Assembly (NCBI GenBank): GCA_036172245.1
Contig: JAYWIR010000007.1
Coordinates: forward strand, 1,674,001-1,738,000
Source: Raillietiella orientalis
Taxonomy: Eukaryota
DNA: 64,000 bases
Direction: 5' to 3'
The translations under genes and the position numbers were made by a program. This document shows, piece after piece, positions 13,212-27,800 of the stretch (position 1 is its first letter; each line of letters opens with the position of its first letter). The notes under the pieces are model-generated. The model made no database searches. It saw only the letters and a list, made by a program, of their open reading frames with translations, and had not been told where the DNA came from.

Positions 13212-15400
13212 ACCACCCGGTCACGCCGGGACGTCTATTTATAATAAATAAACGTCTGTGGCAAGACGTTTGATCCTGCCACGTTACTTATAACTACGAG
13301 AGGGAACCCGCCAGGAAATGGCACGCAGGCCAGCGGGATCCGTCTGGACAGCATAGGGGAAGGGGAGACAAACAAAAAGAAAAAAATAAAACAAAAAACA
13401 TACAGTCAAAAATGGGGGGATTCGGGAAAGGATCCCTCTGTGTTGTAGGGTGGCCTCTGCATCTTATGCAGGATGCCAGCAAGTTCCTGCTTGAGGACTC
13501 CCAGATAGGGCCATCTTGACGCTGTTCTCATGAAGGGACAGCAAAATAGATGGCGTTCCTGTAGTTCTGGCCTCCTCTGGCGTTGCCCCATGCAGCCACG
13601 GTCCCGCCGCGTAGGCAGGAGAGTGCTGCTAGGGATGCGACCGGCATGAGGGCGTCGCTCAGGAAGAGACACTTCAGAATGTCTCTGGCGTTGCCGCCGG
13701 GGGTCCCAAGCGTTTCAGCAAAGCGCACCCAAAGGTGCCGGAGGGCAACACAGTCCACTAGGAGGTGAGGATGGGATTCCCGTTCCCCACACCTCTCACA
13801 GTTTGGGTTCGCACACACCCATGTCCAATGATGCCGGCGGGCGTTGCACGGGAGGCCCCAGTGCAGCAGCATCAATGTCGAACCCTGTCACTTTAAGGGG
13901 AGGGCGCGGGTGTTCGTGAGCACCGGGGCCAGTGCAGGTCTTCCTCCCGAATATTCAGTAGCACGCCCCAGCGCAAAAGTCCATGAGGTCGAACAACCGG
14001 GATCGCAGAGTCGTTGAGCTGGCACGTCGTCCATTTATCCAGTCCTTTCCTCCTTCCGGAGATTTCCACAATAACTTCCCATCTAGATGTAAGGCCCTAT
14101 CTGCCCTACTCTGTTTGGCCTAGAGGCTTAGGGTACGTCACTGGCGGAAACCTGAAACGAGTGCCCCCGATGACTGACCGGGATTCGAAGTTGACCCTCC
14201 GGGGTCCTTCCCGTCATCAAGGAGCTGTTCCCCATCGGTTATGAAAATGGAGCCGTCCCCTCCCTCGTGGAGGCAACCCTCTATCGCGTACCATGGAGCT
14301 GGTTGGTAGCCCCTCGGGGGTTGCCTCCCCACTGTGAAAGAAGTGCGCTGCTCCCTTAGGGGAGCGCCCCTCAGAGAAATTGGAAGGAGTCCCTTCGGGG
14401 CTCTCTTCAGAGGAAGAAACAAGGAGCGGTTCCCTTGCAGGTTCCCCCGGGAGAAGAGATTCCAGAAGCGGATCCTTTCCGGGTTCCCTTGAAAGGACCG
14501 GAAAATATACTGAAGAATGGAGAGCTTCACAGTCTGGGGAAAAAGAAGGAAGCCAAAACATGACCACTGCAAATGGTGTGAGTGTATGTACGAAAGACTC
14601 ACGTAAACAAAGGTGCCCCACTCTTTTCTTTCTGATCAGGGACGCGTGAAAAAAAGCAAAAAAACTGCACAAAAGCATGATCTTGTAAGAATTGAGCGCA
14701 GACGAGAACAACCACAATGCTCATTCCCAGTGTTAACGGTACCGTTTTCCGTGCTAGATTCGAATAAAAGATGCCTTTCGTTGCTTCCTTTGGATGTTCG
14801 TAAGCTACTCCAGACTAGACCAACTCTTTGAGGACAAAAGTTCGGGAACACTGTGGATCTCCTGCAGCCCGACGGGGTCCTGGTGAGAAAACCTGTACCC
14901 TCGTCAGGGGCCGTTTCTCAACCATAGGAAAGTCTGAATCTTGGTATGTGGAAACTCCTTCTATCCGTTATGAGTCCTTCAGCAACAGAACCACCATACG
15001 AGCTATCTTCCCATTCCTTTTTCATGTGTCTCTCACGAAGAGAATGGAAATGCAGGACAGCTCATCCCGGGAAGATCCGCTGCAGTGGAGACTGGGCTTG
15101 TCGTTCCATCTCCCTAGCTCCCCTTCATTACGAGATTTCTTGGCTCAAGGTAGCAAGCTAGTTACTCCACAATGGACAGTGAGATAGAGAGTACTTCCTG
15201 GGAAACACCATTGGGGAGCACCGAAAAGATTCTCGCAGGAGAACTTTCATGCATGTATAGACAGACCATTGGGGATGGTGAGCAAAAGTAAGGGTGCTCT
15301 TTGAATAGGATGGGGCACTGTCCGAGAGCGTGGTGAATTCACTTCGCAAATGTGAAAGATAGCCCACCCTCTTGTTCAGCTGGTCATCTACGACTCTTGT
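13212..15400 (-). mobile_element. Internally deleted L1/Tx1-like element: endonuclease remnant, post-RT region, zf-RVT, 3' UTR and hairpin
   Basis: DPVGLQEIH near 14850-14880 resembles the APE-endonuclease LQETH motif. 14138-14500 is homologous to 58380-58830 (APWY...GSTSNPGQS). ORF 13528-13875 has LLHWGLPCN...NCERCGERESHPHLLVDC. Terminal hairpin at 13216-13230. Confidence 0.75.
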
Positions 15401-15710
15401 GAACATCTTTCACTTCCAAGAACACTTCGTTCCCGATATGGAACGTTAAGCAAAGGGTCGGGTCATGTTATGTTAGGTCCAGAAATTATTACTCTCTGTG
15501 CTCTTCTCTCAAATGGATTTGCGGAACAGCTTGCATGTTGAGGAGAAATGTTTACGATCCATGTTTGAATCAGTCTGAGCCATGGTTGCATTCGACTTCA
15601 TTAGTTCCCTTGCTAATCCCCCCAAAAATGCACGGCGAACATCCGTGGTTCCGTTTTTGTTTTTCCGTTCTGGAAAAATGCAGGATCTGAAAAATGAATG
15701 TCCAGAAAGT

Positions 15711-15850
15711 AAGTGAATGGTTAACTTAATGTATATTTTAAATTATTGTGGTTAATTAAACGGAAGTTCAATTGTTTGTAACCAATACGCCATTTCAGTC
15801 ATCAGAACGAGACTTTAAAAACTACAGTTTAACCGAGCAAAGTTGTGGCT
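15711..15850 (+). repeat. ~140 bp interspersed repeat, copy 2
   Basis: Direct diverged copy of 12361-12520. Confidence 0.8.
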
Positions 15851-17581
15851 ACCAGAAGAATTACTCGTAAGTTCTGGATGTGCCGTGTCCGTCGCAGCAG
15901 CCGGTCGAAAGAAATGTTTTGCGGAGAGTCGTACAGCTACACGAAATCTCCCGAATGGCATGATTTCCAGGTTTCCTAATGTGAAATGGAGAAAAAACTC
16001 TGCCTAAACCCCCCAAAATTTTCGAAACAGTGATTCCAGTCAAACGTATGAACCAGCAATAGAGCATTCCAGACCAGAGAACAGTTTCCTTCCGTTATTT
16101 TGAAGTGCATGGTGGGCTACTTCAAGTGAGGAATTGGAAGATGGAAGGAAAACAGGAGCAAAAACATGGAAAATGCTATTCATATTCGCAGAACAAGAAC
16201 TCCAGCTTCAACAACCATGATCGCAAAATTATTTTTCCATGTGGCATTTTATAAAGACGTTCCATAGTCGAGAGACACAACCCAATGTTTTCCTTTAAAA
16301 GCGGTCGACAGAAGCCTTTCTGATAAACATTATGTCCGAAGTCTTCATACTGACCAACTTCAGAGGTGAGAATCACATGAAATCCCGTTATCGATTCTAT
16401 GGATCAGCATGAAACAAAAATGTTAAAGATTATTTGGAATCCTGAAGAACATAGAATTAGTTATTCGTTTGAAAGCATTATAGCACGTAAGTTGTTTATT
16501 CTAAAAACAGTTTGGGAAACAGTTTATCCTGCTCTTGTGCACGTTGTGCAAACCATAATGGCATTTACTTGATTCCAAGTGCCTTTACTTCCATACTTTT
16601 GTGGTGCTCTGTGTAAGAGCACCGTTACACACTAACGAAATTCAAGTTTGGAAAATTTGTAACAATTCGTGAAAACAACAATAAATAACTTTTAGATTCA
16701 CGTTTTGGAATGCGACCTTGCCAGGGTGGACACGCTGAAAGACGTCCAGTGTTCCTATAAATTCCATGCATAAGCTACACGTACACGCATATACATAGTA
16801 CGTACATTTATGCCCACACGGCCGCTTATCTATGTATTTGGAATTTTCCAAATTCATGAATCGAAAAGATGAGCACCTTGCAGCAAGACCGGTTAGCTCC
16901 TCTGTGTTTCAAAGTGAATTTTCCTATAATCTTCAAATATTCCCATTTTGCTGAAGAAAAATTTCAATTTCGAGCAGTGACATTGCACACCCCAACTCCG
17001 TTCCCGAGAGGCGCATGTTCTCCATACGCCGATGTGTGTGATGTAACTGTGCATGGGAAAGGGCCTTTTCATGCAAGCAAATGAGAGTGTTTAGCCCTTA
17101 CTTTAATAAATATGAACTTATCCGCTGTTTGTTAAATAAGTATTAATTTGCATCGAATGGATAACATGGGGTGCGATAACCTTGGGGATAGTAAGAAAAC
17201 ACAATTCGTATGAACCGTGATAACATGGAAGCCGAAAATAGTGCAAAGCACAGAGCCCCCAATAAGTCATTTAGAATCATAAGTAATTAAATCCATTTAT
17301 CAGTATGTAGTGAAAATCACGTGCTTGCAGTGTGGCAACAAACATTGTCAGGATACTGTAATGATTGTTTTTACAGAATAGTTGGAAAAAAGGAATTTTC
17401 TGCTTTCCAGAATCTATTTAATGATGAGGAGCACACATTCGAAATTGGGAACACTATCAGTGAATAAGAATACATATTTTATGAAAATGTATACTGACAA
17501 TTAAATGTGTATTTTATTTGTTGATAAGCCATGATTGCTACCCTAGTGAAAGCTGGAGCTAATAGTTTTCGAAAAATATGC

Positions 17582-18807
<1,226 letters not shown>

Positions 18808-19099
18808 TTTGGTGTCATCTCCATTGATGAATTTCAAGTTGTTCAGAAATGCATTCTTAGATTGCCTGTTGTATGCAGCATAGATGAAGAATTGAGTTAT
18901 GAATAAAATAAACTCTGCTTGCACTCTCATTGTTTCTGTTTCTGGTTTCTTTGTTTGGACTCACTGTCTCACTTGAGCTTTTGAAGACAATTGTACGGTG
19001 CGTCGATTTTATACCAGCGAGATAAGGCTCAAAATTCAAATTTTAAGCTGGTTCCAAATAACGCAGAATTCGTTTGGCGCAGATTCGTCGGTAACAAAT

Positions 19100-21150
19100 T
19101 ATAAGGGAGGATTTTGTTGCATAGTAAGTTTTCCACACACAAAGAAGTAAGTGTCTTCTTTCATGATGTAAGTATCCCTAAAGTGATTCACTTGTATTGG
19201 TTAAGTGAAACAGTGCGCAAAGCATTTAAAGCTTGAGGTTAAGGACGTTAAGAATCGCCGAAACTCAGTGTGTCAATTAACACTCAAGCTGGAGCTTACG
19301 GTCACAGTTTCTTATCTATCAGCGTGAGTAATTGGCGACATTACCGACGTGCACCCAACCCGTTCCTCCCAGATGCAAGTTTACACCTCTGCTGCCAATA
19401 ACGTAAGACGAATCGACAGCTCGGCTCTGAGATCATTAAGAAGTAGGCGAGTGGGATGCAGATGGGACAGCAGCGGTGAGGACCACATTTCGCCCCCACT
19501 TGCACCACGTAGAGGTGATGGTTTGTTCAGCATTGGCACATCACGAGTCGAAATTGCGAATTTGTATGGAAGCGAGCTTCGTTATTCCAGAGGTTTGCCC
19601 AGAGCTTTTTTTTTTTTTTTGTAAAGGGAAGAAATATCAAGTCCCAGCTGGCCGCCTGTCACAAGTTTTCACACACGTTTGTGCTCACAGAACTTTCAGA
19701 ACGTGTAGGCAATTTCTCTCCTATGGGGACGGTGTCGCAAGAGATGGGGGGCGCGCGTAGGTGAATAGGACACAAGTTGGCTCGGCCATCCCAAGCCGCT
19801 GTCCAACTTTAGCCACGAATGCGGGCTTTGCCCCATTCTTTTCCCGTTTCCTCAGGAAAGCAAAAAAAGATGGAGCACACACCTATTTTCATCCCGGCAC
19901 GTTGACTACTAGTTCAAGGTTTGGATGACGTCAGAGTTCGCTCTCCGAGTCGGTTCGTACGTGGTGGTGGTCGCACGTAAAATTCACGGAGAAAAAGGCT
20001 TTTACTGTCACGTCGACCCCCCTTCCCCCCCCCCCCCCCCCCCAAAAAAAAGAAACGTTGCTCTCGAATGGACGGCGGCGTTCAACGCACAAATTCATGC
20101 ATTCGTGAAGGAAGCTGAACCGATCCACCTTGTACTGAAGATCAGAGTGGATCGAACAACACGAACAACCACGCGGCTCATTTGGACAAAAAGAGGAACG
20201 GGTCAATGAATCTCGTGGTTTTCGTGGTGAAAATCTTGAAGTTTGAATCGTGGAGGTCGAAATTCGGGACGAATCCAGCCACTTGCCGATTCGCCAAACA
20301 TTCTCTCGAAGGAAGAGGCAAAGCATCTGGAATGAGATGAATCAGTGGATTTTTTTTTCCTTCCTTTTTCTTTGGTAGGGGCACCCTGAGATCAGAAGTC
20401 ACGGAAATCGCTTAAAAAGTCCTTTGGTTGGAACAGCTGTTCCTTCATTAGCATTCTGAATTGCCGAAGGGAAAACTGAAACATACTCTCTCCTGAAGAA
20501 CTGATAAGCTTGGTTTGGAGTTTGAACCCAAAAAGAAAGCCCTCATCCTACGATAGAACTCATTATTTCTGGACTGTTCTTGGATATTCAAGGACAGTCA
20601 ATCGAAAAAAAAAGAAAAAAAAATTGTGCTTCCAATCATCGATAGGCGGCGGCTTGACTGATATTTCATACACAGGATGACTCTACTAATTTGATTTACG
20701 TGTAATTCAGTGATTTTGAAGCTAAATCCACAGTGATTGTAACTCGCTGAATCCTTTCCACTAATTGGCAAAGTTCGTTTGTATTCATGCAATCGCTGAT
20801 GTTGGGGTCCAGTAGAGAGTACAGAATACCCACGGTGGGGAAACGGCTGTTTCCGGATCCTGCGTGTCGAGGATGGCAAATGCTTTCCGTCCCCACTTTG
20901 CGAAAAGTAGGATCCCTACGGGAGCACGCTGGCTTTCCAGGAGGAACATTCCTGAAACGCGACGGAATGGGTTACACACAGTTGCGTGTGCTTCCTCGTT
21001 TTGTCCCCTCGTGCAAAAGTCACACGTCGGTTCTCAATGACTGCAACTGCGTTTTCGATTTCATCGGCAGAAGAGACGCTGAAAGCAGACACCTCCTGAC
21101 GTGGATTGGGAAAAGATTATGGGTTATATCCTACTTAGACCTAAAACCGA
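19100..21150 (-). pseudogene. Possible decayed protein-primed family B DNA polymerase (Polinton/Maverick-like)
   Basis: Motif-like remnants appear in the expected order across broken frames: a Cys-rich region ~21100-20960, RFIDPFLFLSK ~20213-20181, DISSLY 19638-19621, FRLVMCQC*TNHHLY...CPIC ~19553-19460, and ALRTVS..VN/SL*GY ~19225-19172. No DTDS motif was found. Confidence 0.35.
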
Positions 21151-24100
21151 CGGGCGTGGGTGTAGACAACATGGAGAATGCCATTTGTGGACATAGGAAA
21201 GCACTTTTCAGATTATTCGACTTGTTGAGTGCTGCGAAGATTTGCCGATGCAAATACGCAAAGCATCTAAATAAAAAGCTGGTTGACACCGATAACAACT
21301 GACAAAGCCTTCTTTGGTGTTATCAGGATGAAAATCAGCAATTTGATCCACGTGATCATGGATTCTGCTCTCCATCATAAAAGCAAAGTATTCAGCACCG
21401 CGTGAAAACACAGAATTTTGTCCTTTTTTTTTTTTTTTTTCTTTTCTCTGCGCCGACCAACTGTTTCGGCTATCCCAATGTTCAGTAATGTTCAGTGGGG
21501 TTAAATCAATCGCCTGTTTTTCCGGCTAGGTGTTTTCCTTGAGCACGAGCATGGACCAATTAACCGAGCAAAGGCAATAGCTGCACTGAATACTTATTTA
21601 GAACGTAAATAAAGACCATAAGATTACGGTTTGCTGTGATCTAGTTGGCGTATATTTATATTTTATGGAGCCATCTGCTTCATTTCGTGCTGATTCTTCA
21701 ACGGCGTCTAAACAAACAAATAAAAAAAAATAAAGGCAGGAAATGTTTTTGGACATAACTTGCGAGTGCCTGCCGCTGACAACCAACCACTTAGTGTGTT
21801 ATTTATCTCTGCCTGCAAATGCTTTCATTGCAGCGTCTCTGTTTGCAATTTAAGCTCATCAGTCACGATCAATCTCATCAATGTTTGGACGTCCTGTGAC
21901 ATTTGCAGACACGAATGATTTGCAATAAAGTGCAGTATCAAGTCCCGGTTGAGATAAAGGAGTGATGCTGCGTACTTATTGCCTGAAATGTTGGCACGAT
22001 ACTTTGTCTTCCGAAAGCTTGTGCACTCCTGGGAACGAAGAAACAACCCACATGCATCCAAGGAGGTCAAGAGGATAGTCATCGTCGGTGCTTGCCCTGG
22101 GACACGGGACGATTCAGCTTTGAACCCTGCGGCATGCCTTCTCCACCTTCAGCGACTTCTTTCCGCAAACCCACGAAGCGGAAGTGAAGCGAAGCGTGAA
22201 GACGCTGCCGTGGCGAGCGCGAGTGCTGAAAGTGATCCCAGGAAGGACGTTTTTAAAAACTGTACCATAAAACGCGTAAGCTTTTGCACTCTGGAGGAGT
22301 GGTCTTCCATGGCAGTGTCCGTACTCTTTGCTTCCACTTCCTGTGCTTCAAAAAGTTTCAAGAGCTACCATGCAACCTTCCCATTACTGCTGCCTCGCCT
22401 AACTGATTCTCCAATCGTGGCGGGGAAAAAATTCTTTCCATTGAACGGATATTCAGCCCAAGTTTTCTTTTGCACATTATTCCCGAGTCCTCAGGGCCGT
22501 AAACCATGAAGAACGCTTACTTAAAACTCCACGGTTTTCTATTCTGCACTCTCAATTGAAGCAGCCCCTTCAGCAGCGCGCTGCTGGCAAGGCTAACAAA
22601 AAAGGTTTCCGTACGTTACAAGCCTTTCGGATTTTCGACAACGTGTGTACAAGAAGGCCGACCTTCTCACTGGCTCGGTAGATCAGGTGGCGTGATGGAG
22701 CCGAATCGAGCAAATATTTGGAGATGCACATTAGTCTATACGAATGCGAGTCCCCAGTTGTGATTGGCGGTAAAGATCCGAGGATTGAGGCTAAAACGAT
22801 CGCAACCCCTGTAAATAGAGAACTCCGATAAGAACCCAACAGCAAGATAGAAAAGAATCTCTGGAATGTATACCGACGACCAAAAGTTGACACAGTCTTT
22901 GCTTCCCAAGTATGGACACGCAAAGCACTTTTCGTGGGACCGGGGCCGAGCTGCGGTGCCCTCCCCATGCCACTTGTTTTTCACACCCAAGCTCACAGCT
23001 GGCATCCCTATTGGTGTGTGTGTGTGTGTGTGTGTGTGCATAGGGAATTTATTGAATTTGCAGAAACCTTGAAACCTTCTTCCCCTACAGCAATGGCTTG
23101 AAAAGCCAGGTCGAGTTAACGCCTCCTCCATGTGTGTAAAAGCAATCTGAATTCATGTTAGGGGACCAAATACCCCAAGCGATCTGGCAACCATAATTCC
23201 AACTGGAAGCTCACGGATAACTCCGGTGGATAATTAGGTAATTTTTAAAAACTTGTGGCAAATAAAGACAAGAGTTTTTTTTTTTTTCCTTCTTAAGAGC
23301 GAGCAGCATATCCGCAACTATCCACTACTGGTCAAAATATATTCAAGCAAGACCGAAATCCGACTACAATAAGTTTCCACACTTGACTAAAATGAATGGC
23401 AGGGGAACGTGGTGGGAAAAGTACCTTTAATGAGTTCCTACTAACGCTACATCTATTTTAGAAAGCTTCAACGTATGTGGTCAATATAAGAAGCTACACC
23501 TGAGTACTTTGACATTAATGATCTTTACTCTGTACTCACAACTTGAAAAATCACCACCAGAGGGTTGGGAACGCTTCCACACACCTCTAGAAATCTGCAG
23601 CATTTCAGTTCTCATCACACTATTTAAGAACCACAAGAACCCTGCTGAACTAATTCAGTGCTGAAAACTGAAAGCTAATCGTGATCAAGTACTGAACATA
23701 TATGCAAACCTGTCCTTTTCCAGTCAGTTGATGGAAAGAATAAAATATGTATCGAACCTCCTTATAGTTTTACTTTTCTCTACCACCAAAACTGGATGCA
23801 ATTCTATGATCCCAGTCATCGAAGGTTTTAATCCAACGCCTCAGAAACGTCACAGTGATACGCGCAGCTTAATTTCGGTAGATTTCGGGAATGTGGCACG
23901 CCCTCGGAAAACTTTTCCACAGTACCTAAACTTCTCTGTAAGTTATCATAAGTATCCACGATAAGTGTAAGACATCATGGGTCACCACAATTTTTTCCAA
24001 ACACAAAAGGAAGAAAAACTAAAACACTCATTTCAAAGGCAACCTTCGACCGTATTCACGACTTCACGTTTGATTAATTGCCCTTCAAACAAGTCCTGCC

Positions 24101-24860
24101 CACAGACGGTACCTTTTCTCCGGACTCATTTGTTTTGAAATTTAAAAATGTAGACCGAATGCTAACTTCCAAAGAATTTCTGGATGTGCCACCTTGTGAA
24201 ATTACCTTTACTTTTTCGGGAATCTGAAAGTAGGCGTCCTGAGTCTTGTTGACATATTGCTGTGTAAAACAGCACAATGAGGCTTCAAACAAAACTACTT
24301 TTCAATGGAATAGTACTTAAAAACATGGCTCAGCAAAACAATAAACTGGCCAAAACAAGCTACAAAAAAGGTCAAGGCGAAATAAAGTTACACCCTTAGA
24401 CGATTACTGTTTATATCACAGCCCAGCATGATGCCAGGCCAGCTTCTACTGATTGCTGCTTGTCGTATCCACTGTTAAGGTTGCACTATTTGCAAATACA
24501 AATTTTGCAAATATTTTGCACACAATGCTCTGCCAACACCAGAATGCTCGCAGAAAAATTATTTACTGCACTGGAACAGTGTCACTAAGTTATTTATTTT
24601 AAAATATCATGAAAATACATCTGATGATTTATAAAAAATGCTCTCAGAATATGCAAAAGTAGATTTTGTGCATTCACATATCGTTTTCATGAAACAAGTG
24701 TCACTAGGTTTCAGTTCCCCAACACAAAACAATGCTGAATTCCTGTAAAAACTAACACGGAAAACCTACATGCGAACTACCTTATCCATGTATTTAAATT
24801 CAATTTCTCCCATCTTTAATGGCACATCTACTTACAGCACTCAGGGGGAAATAATCAGCA

Positions 24861-27800
24861 TCATGATAAGAAAAAAATATTACTGAACGCTGATCCTTGA
24901 ATTTTTTGCTGTGCTTCTACAAAAAACAAACATTATAACTACTGCCAATCTTGACAAAATTACATACCAAGTGCATCCAATAAGGTGTTCACTTTGGAAT
25001 TAAAAATCAAATAATATTCCCGCTGCTCTGACAATTTAGCAGCTATCCATTGATCTTGCATGGTTTTCACTACAATGTCACATCCATGTAGAAATCTAGC
25101 AAGAATGAATTGCAGAATGCAACAAATGTGGTAATGGACCTGCGAATATCATAATGCAGATCTGCTAGCAGCTTCATGATATCTTTTGATATGTTGATTT
25201 GTCCATTCCTTTTAAAATCTGTATGAGCTGTAGTTTTCTGAGCCAAATTGGAGCTATTAAAATAAATATATTTATGAGGTAGATCATTAGGGTTGCTAGA
25301 TAATTTCTGATACTCTTGACTAATGTCCTTCTCCAAGTTACTTAGTTCTGGACCCAGAAACAAATCTAGTTTTCTCATAAAATCTTGATCAATGCAACAC
25401 GTATCTAACCAAAAATACATGATTAACAGAAAAGCAGACAAAACTAATTATTCAGTTCTCATAACAGACATTCAATCCTTCTCATTGGGAGCAATGCACT
25501 CCACTACATTGACACACAAACATCAACAGCACTGGAAGGCCTTAAACCAATGATACACACCATTTAAAAAGATGCAAACAGATGCAGCTAATGCTTTGTA
25601 CACCAACAAAAAGCACTGTTGTTCTTTCCCAGAAGAAGTCAAGTACACAGACAAAAGTTCGCTTCTCAGATCAGGAACATTCCAATCAGATGGTCCTGTC
25701 AGGAATCTAAAAGCAAAATTACATGATCTGTCAAAAACTCGGCATAATTGATCACCTTCCACAATGAGTTGAACCAACACATGAAGATGGATATAAAGAG
25801 TCAGCAGCTGTATATAGGTCCAAGGTTTTAGGATACAAATGTGTGATGAGATATTGATAGAGAACCTGTGTATCCGCCTGCTGCATCCCACTCCTACGAA
25901 ATAACAATGGAAATGTTGTAAAAACATCAAATGCAACCAAAGCAATATAGACATCAATTCTCTTTGAGCTCAAGTTTAATATTTGATTTCAACAAAAGTA
26001 AGGCTTGTGTCAAATGCAGTATTTTAATCGATCTTGAAATCCTAGTGGGCACTGAAGTGCATGCTACCCACAGATGACCTGAGTAAATCAGTGAAGATTT
26101 GAACACCAGTTCCTGAGTGTAATTTACATAATCCATGCACAAAACAACTCACTAACCTCGCCAAAATTCTAACAGCCCACAGGAAGACCACATGCACAAG
26201 ATCTCAACAGTGTAATAAGAGACAGGAATAAAATATAACAAATTATGCCAATTTTTGTAATTTCTTGCTAAGATAAAAAACTAGCGATTTCTGATTTTTT
26301 TCTAGCACTCATAAGATTTCATGAAACCATGTTTATTGAACCATCACAAGCATATACCAAATAACCAAACAATGACTCTTATATTTTCTAAATGATAATG
26401 CATGCATAGCAAATAACAGTAATCTTATGTTTTAGTAATAAAAACAAAATATCACATTTTGTAGAGAAAAAATCAAAAAGAACCTTTCCCTTTTAGCACA
26501 AAATGCATTTTTGGTGAGCACCATGTTGTCATACCTACATCGATTCAATTTTTGTAACCGAAGAATCTATGATCAAATTTTAAAGGCAGATCAAATCCAT
26601 GAGCAATTCAAATTAATTCATCAAATTCATTATTCTTGCCATAAAACCAGATCGAAAAGGCTAACAAATCTACATACAAAAATGAAAAATTTATTAAAAA
26701 AATACTAAAAAAAGATGTATATAATTGAATAGAAACACAAACAACATAAAGAAAAGCTATTGGTTTCATGGGAAACCTAGCCAGTTCCAAATATCTTTTC
26801 AGATGCTTAACTCAAAATTCTTTAATCTAAGGAAAGACATCTCCTGACATAAAATTAACAGGAAATTATTACTAAATCTGCAATGAAACATTGTCAGTAC
26901 ACCACCTAGATGACACTTTAGTTGCTCATTATACTTGGCAGCCATTCTTGATTACACAGAATTTTGTTATTAGACTTCACTGAACATATCAGTGGTTATC
27001 CATTCAGATACACAAGATGAAATCAATTTTAAACATGGTATAACTTGCAACTTTTATCAGACATATCAAAAACACAATAAAAATTCAACTCAGTAACTCA
27101 TTCATCCTTTTCTTTTGGCAAGAAAATTTCAAAACATCATTCAAATAGACAAAATCAGCATTAATCTAATGTGATCCCTAATAAACTGGAAAAAAGTTTT
27201 TACCAGATAAGCAAATCATTGTATAAAAAACATGTATATTGCACACAAGGAAACTCTGCCTGGAAGTAATTTATAAAGCACTGTACTCTTAAGAAGTATT
27301 CACGTGAGAGAGGCAGAAAATGCAATCCTTGCTGAATATCAACCACACTTGCATGGTTTAATTTTAACAGAGGCAAATACTGAAAAACCTAAGATTTATC
27401 TGAGTGTGAGCAATTAATATTTTACCCATGCAAAGAAGCATCTTGTTTCTGCCTTCAGCTGTTCGATGTTGTTTGATGCACACTGAAGAATATAAGCATA
27501 AGAGCCATGCAAAAATCGAAACATTTGATATGTCTGAATCAGAACAGCTCTGAGGATATTGTCCTGTATGTCCTCATCAAGATACTCAAGGTCACCATCC
27601 TTTTCTTTTTTTCTACATGGCACTGAGACAACCTGATGATGTGAAAGATAAAATCTCAGATGATTCTAATGTGGCTCAGATTAAGATTTAGTCAGTATCA
27701 AAGAGACTTATGAATCTTTTCATTACATCATGTTTCTAGAAAAAGAAATCAAATTCATAACAAACGAGGGGTCCAAACTGGATTTACGCAACAAATAAAT

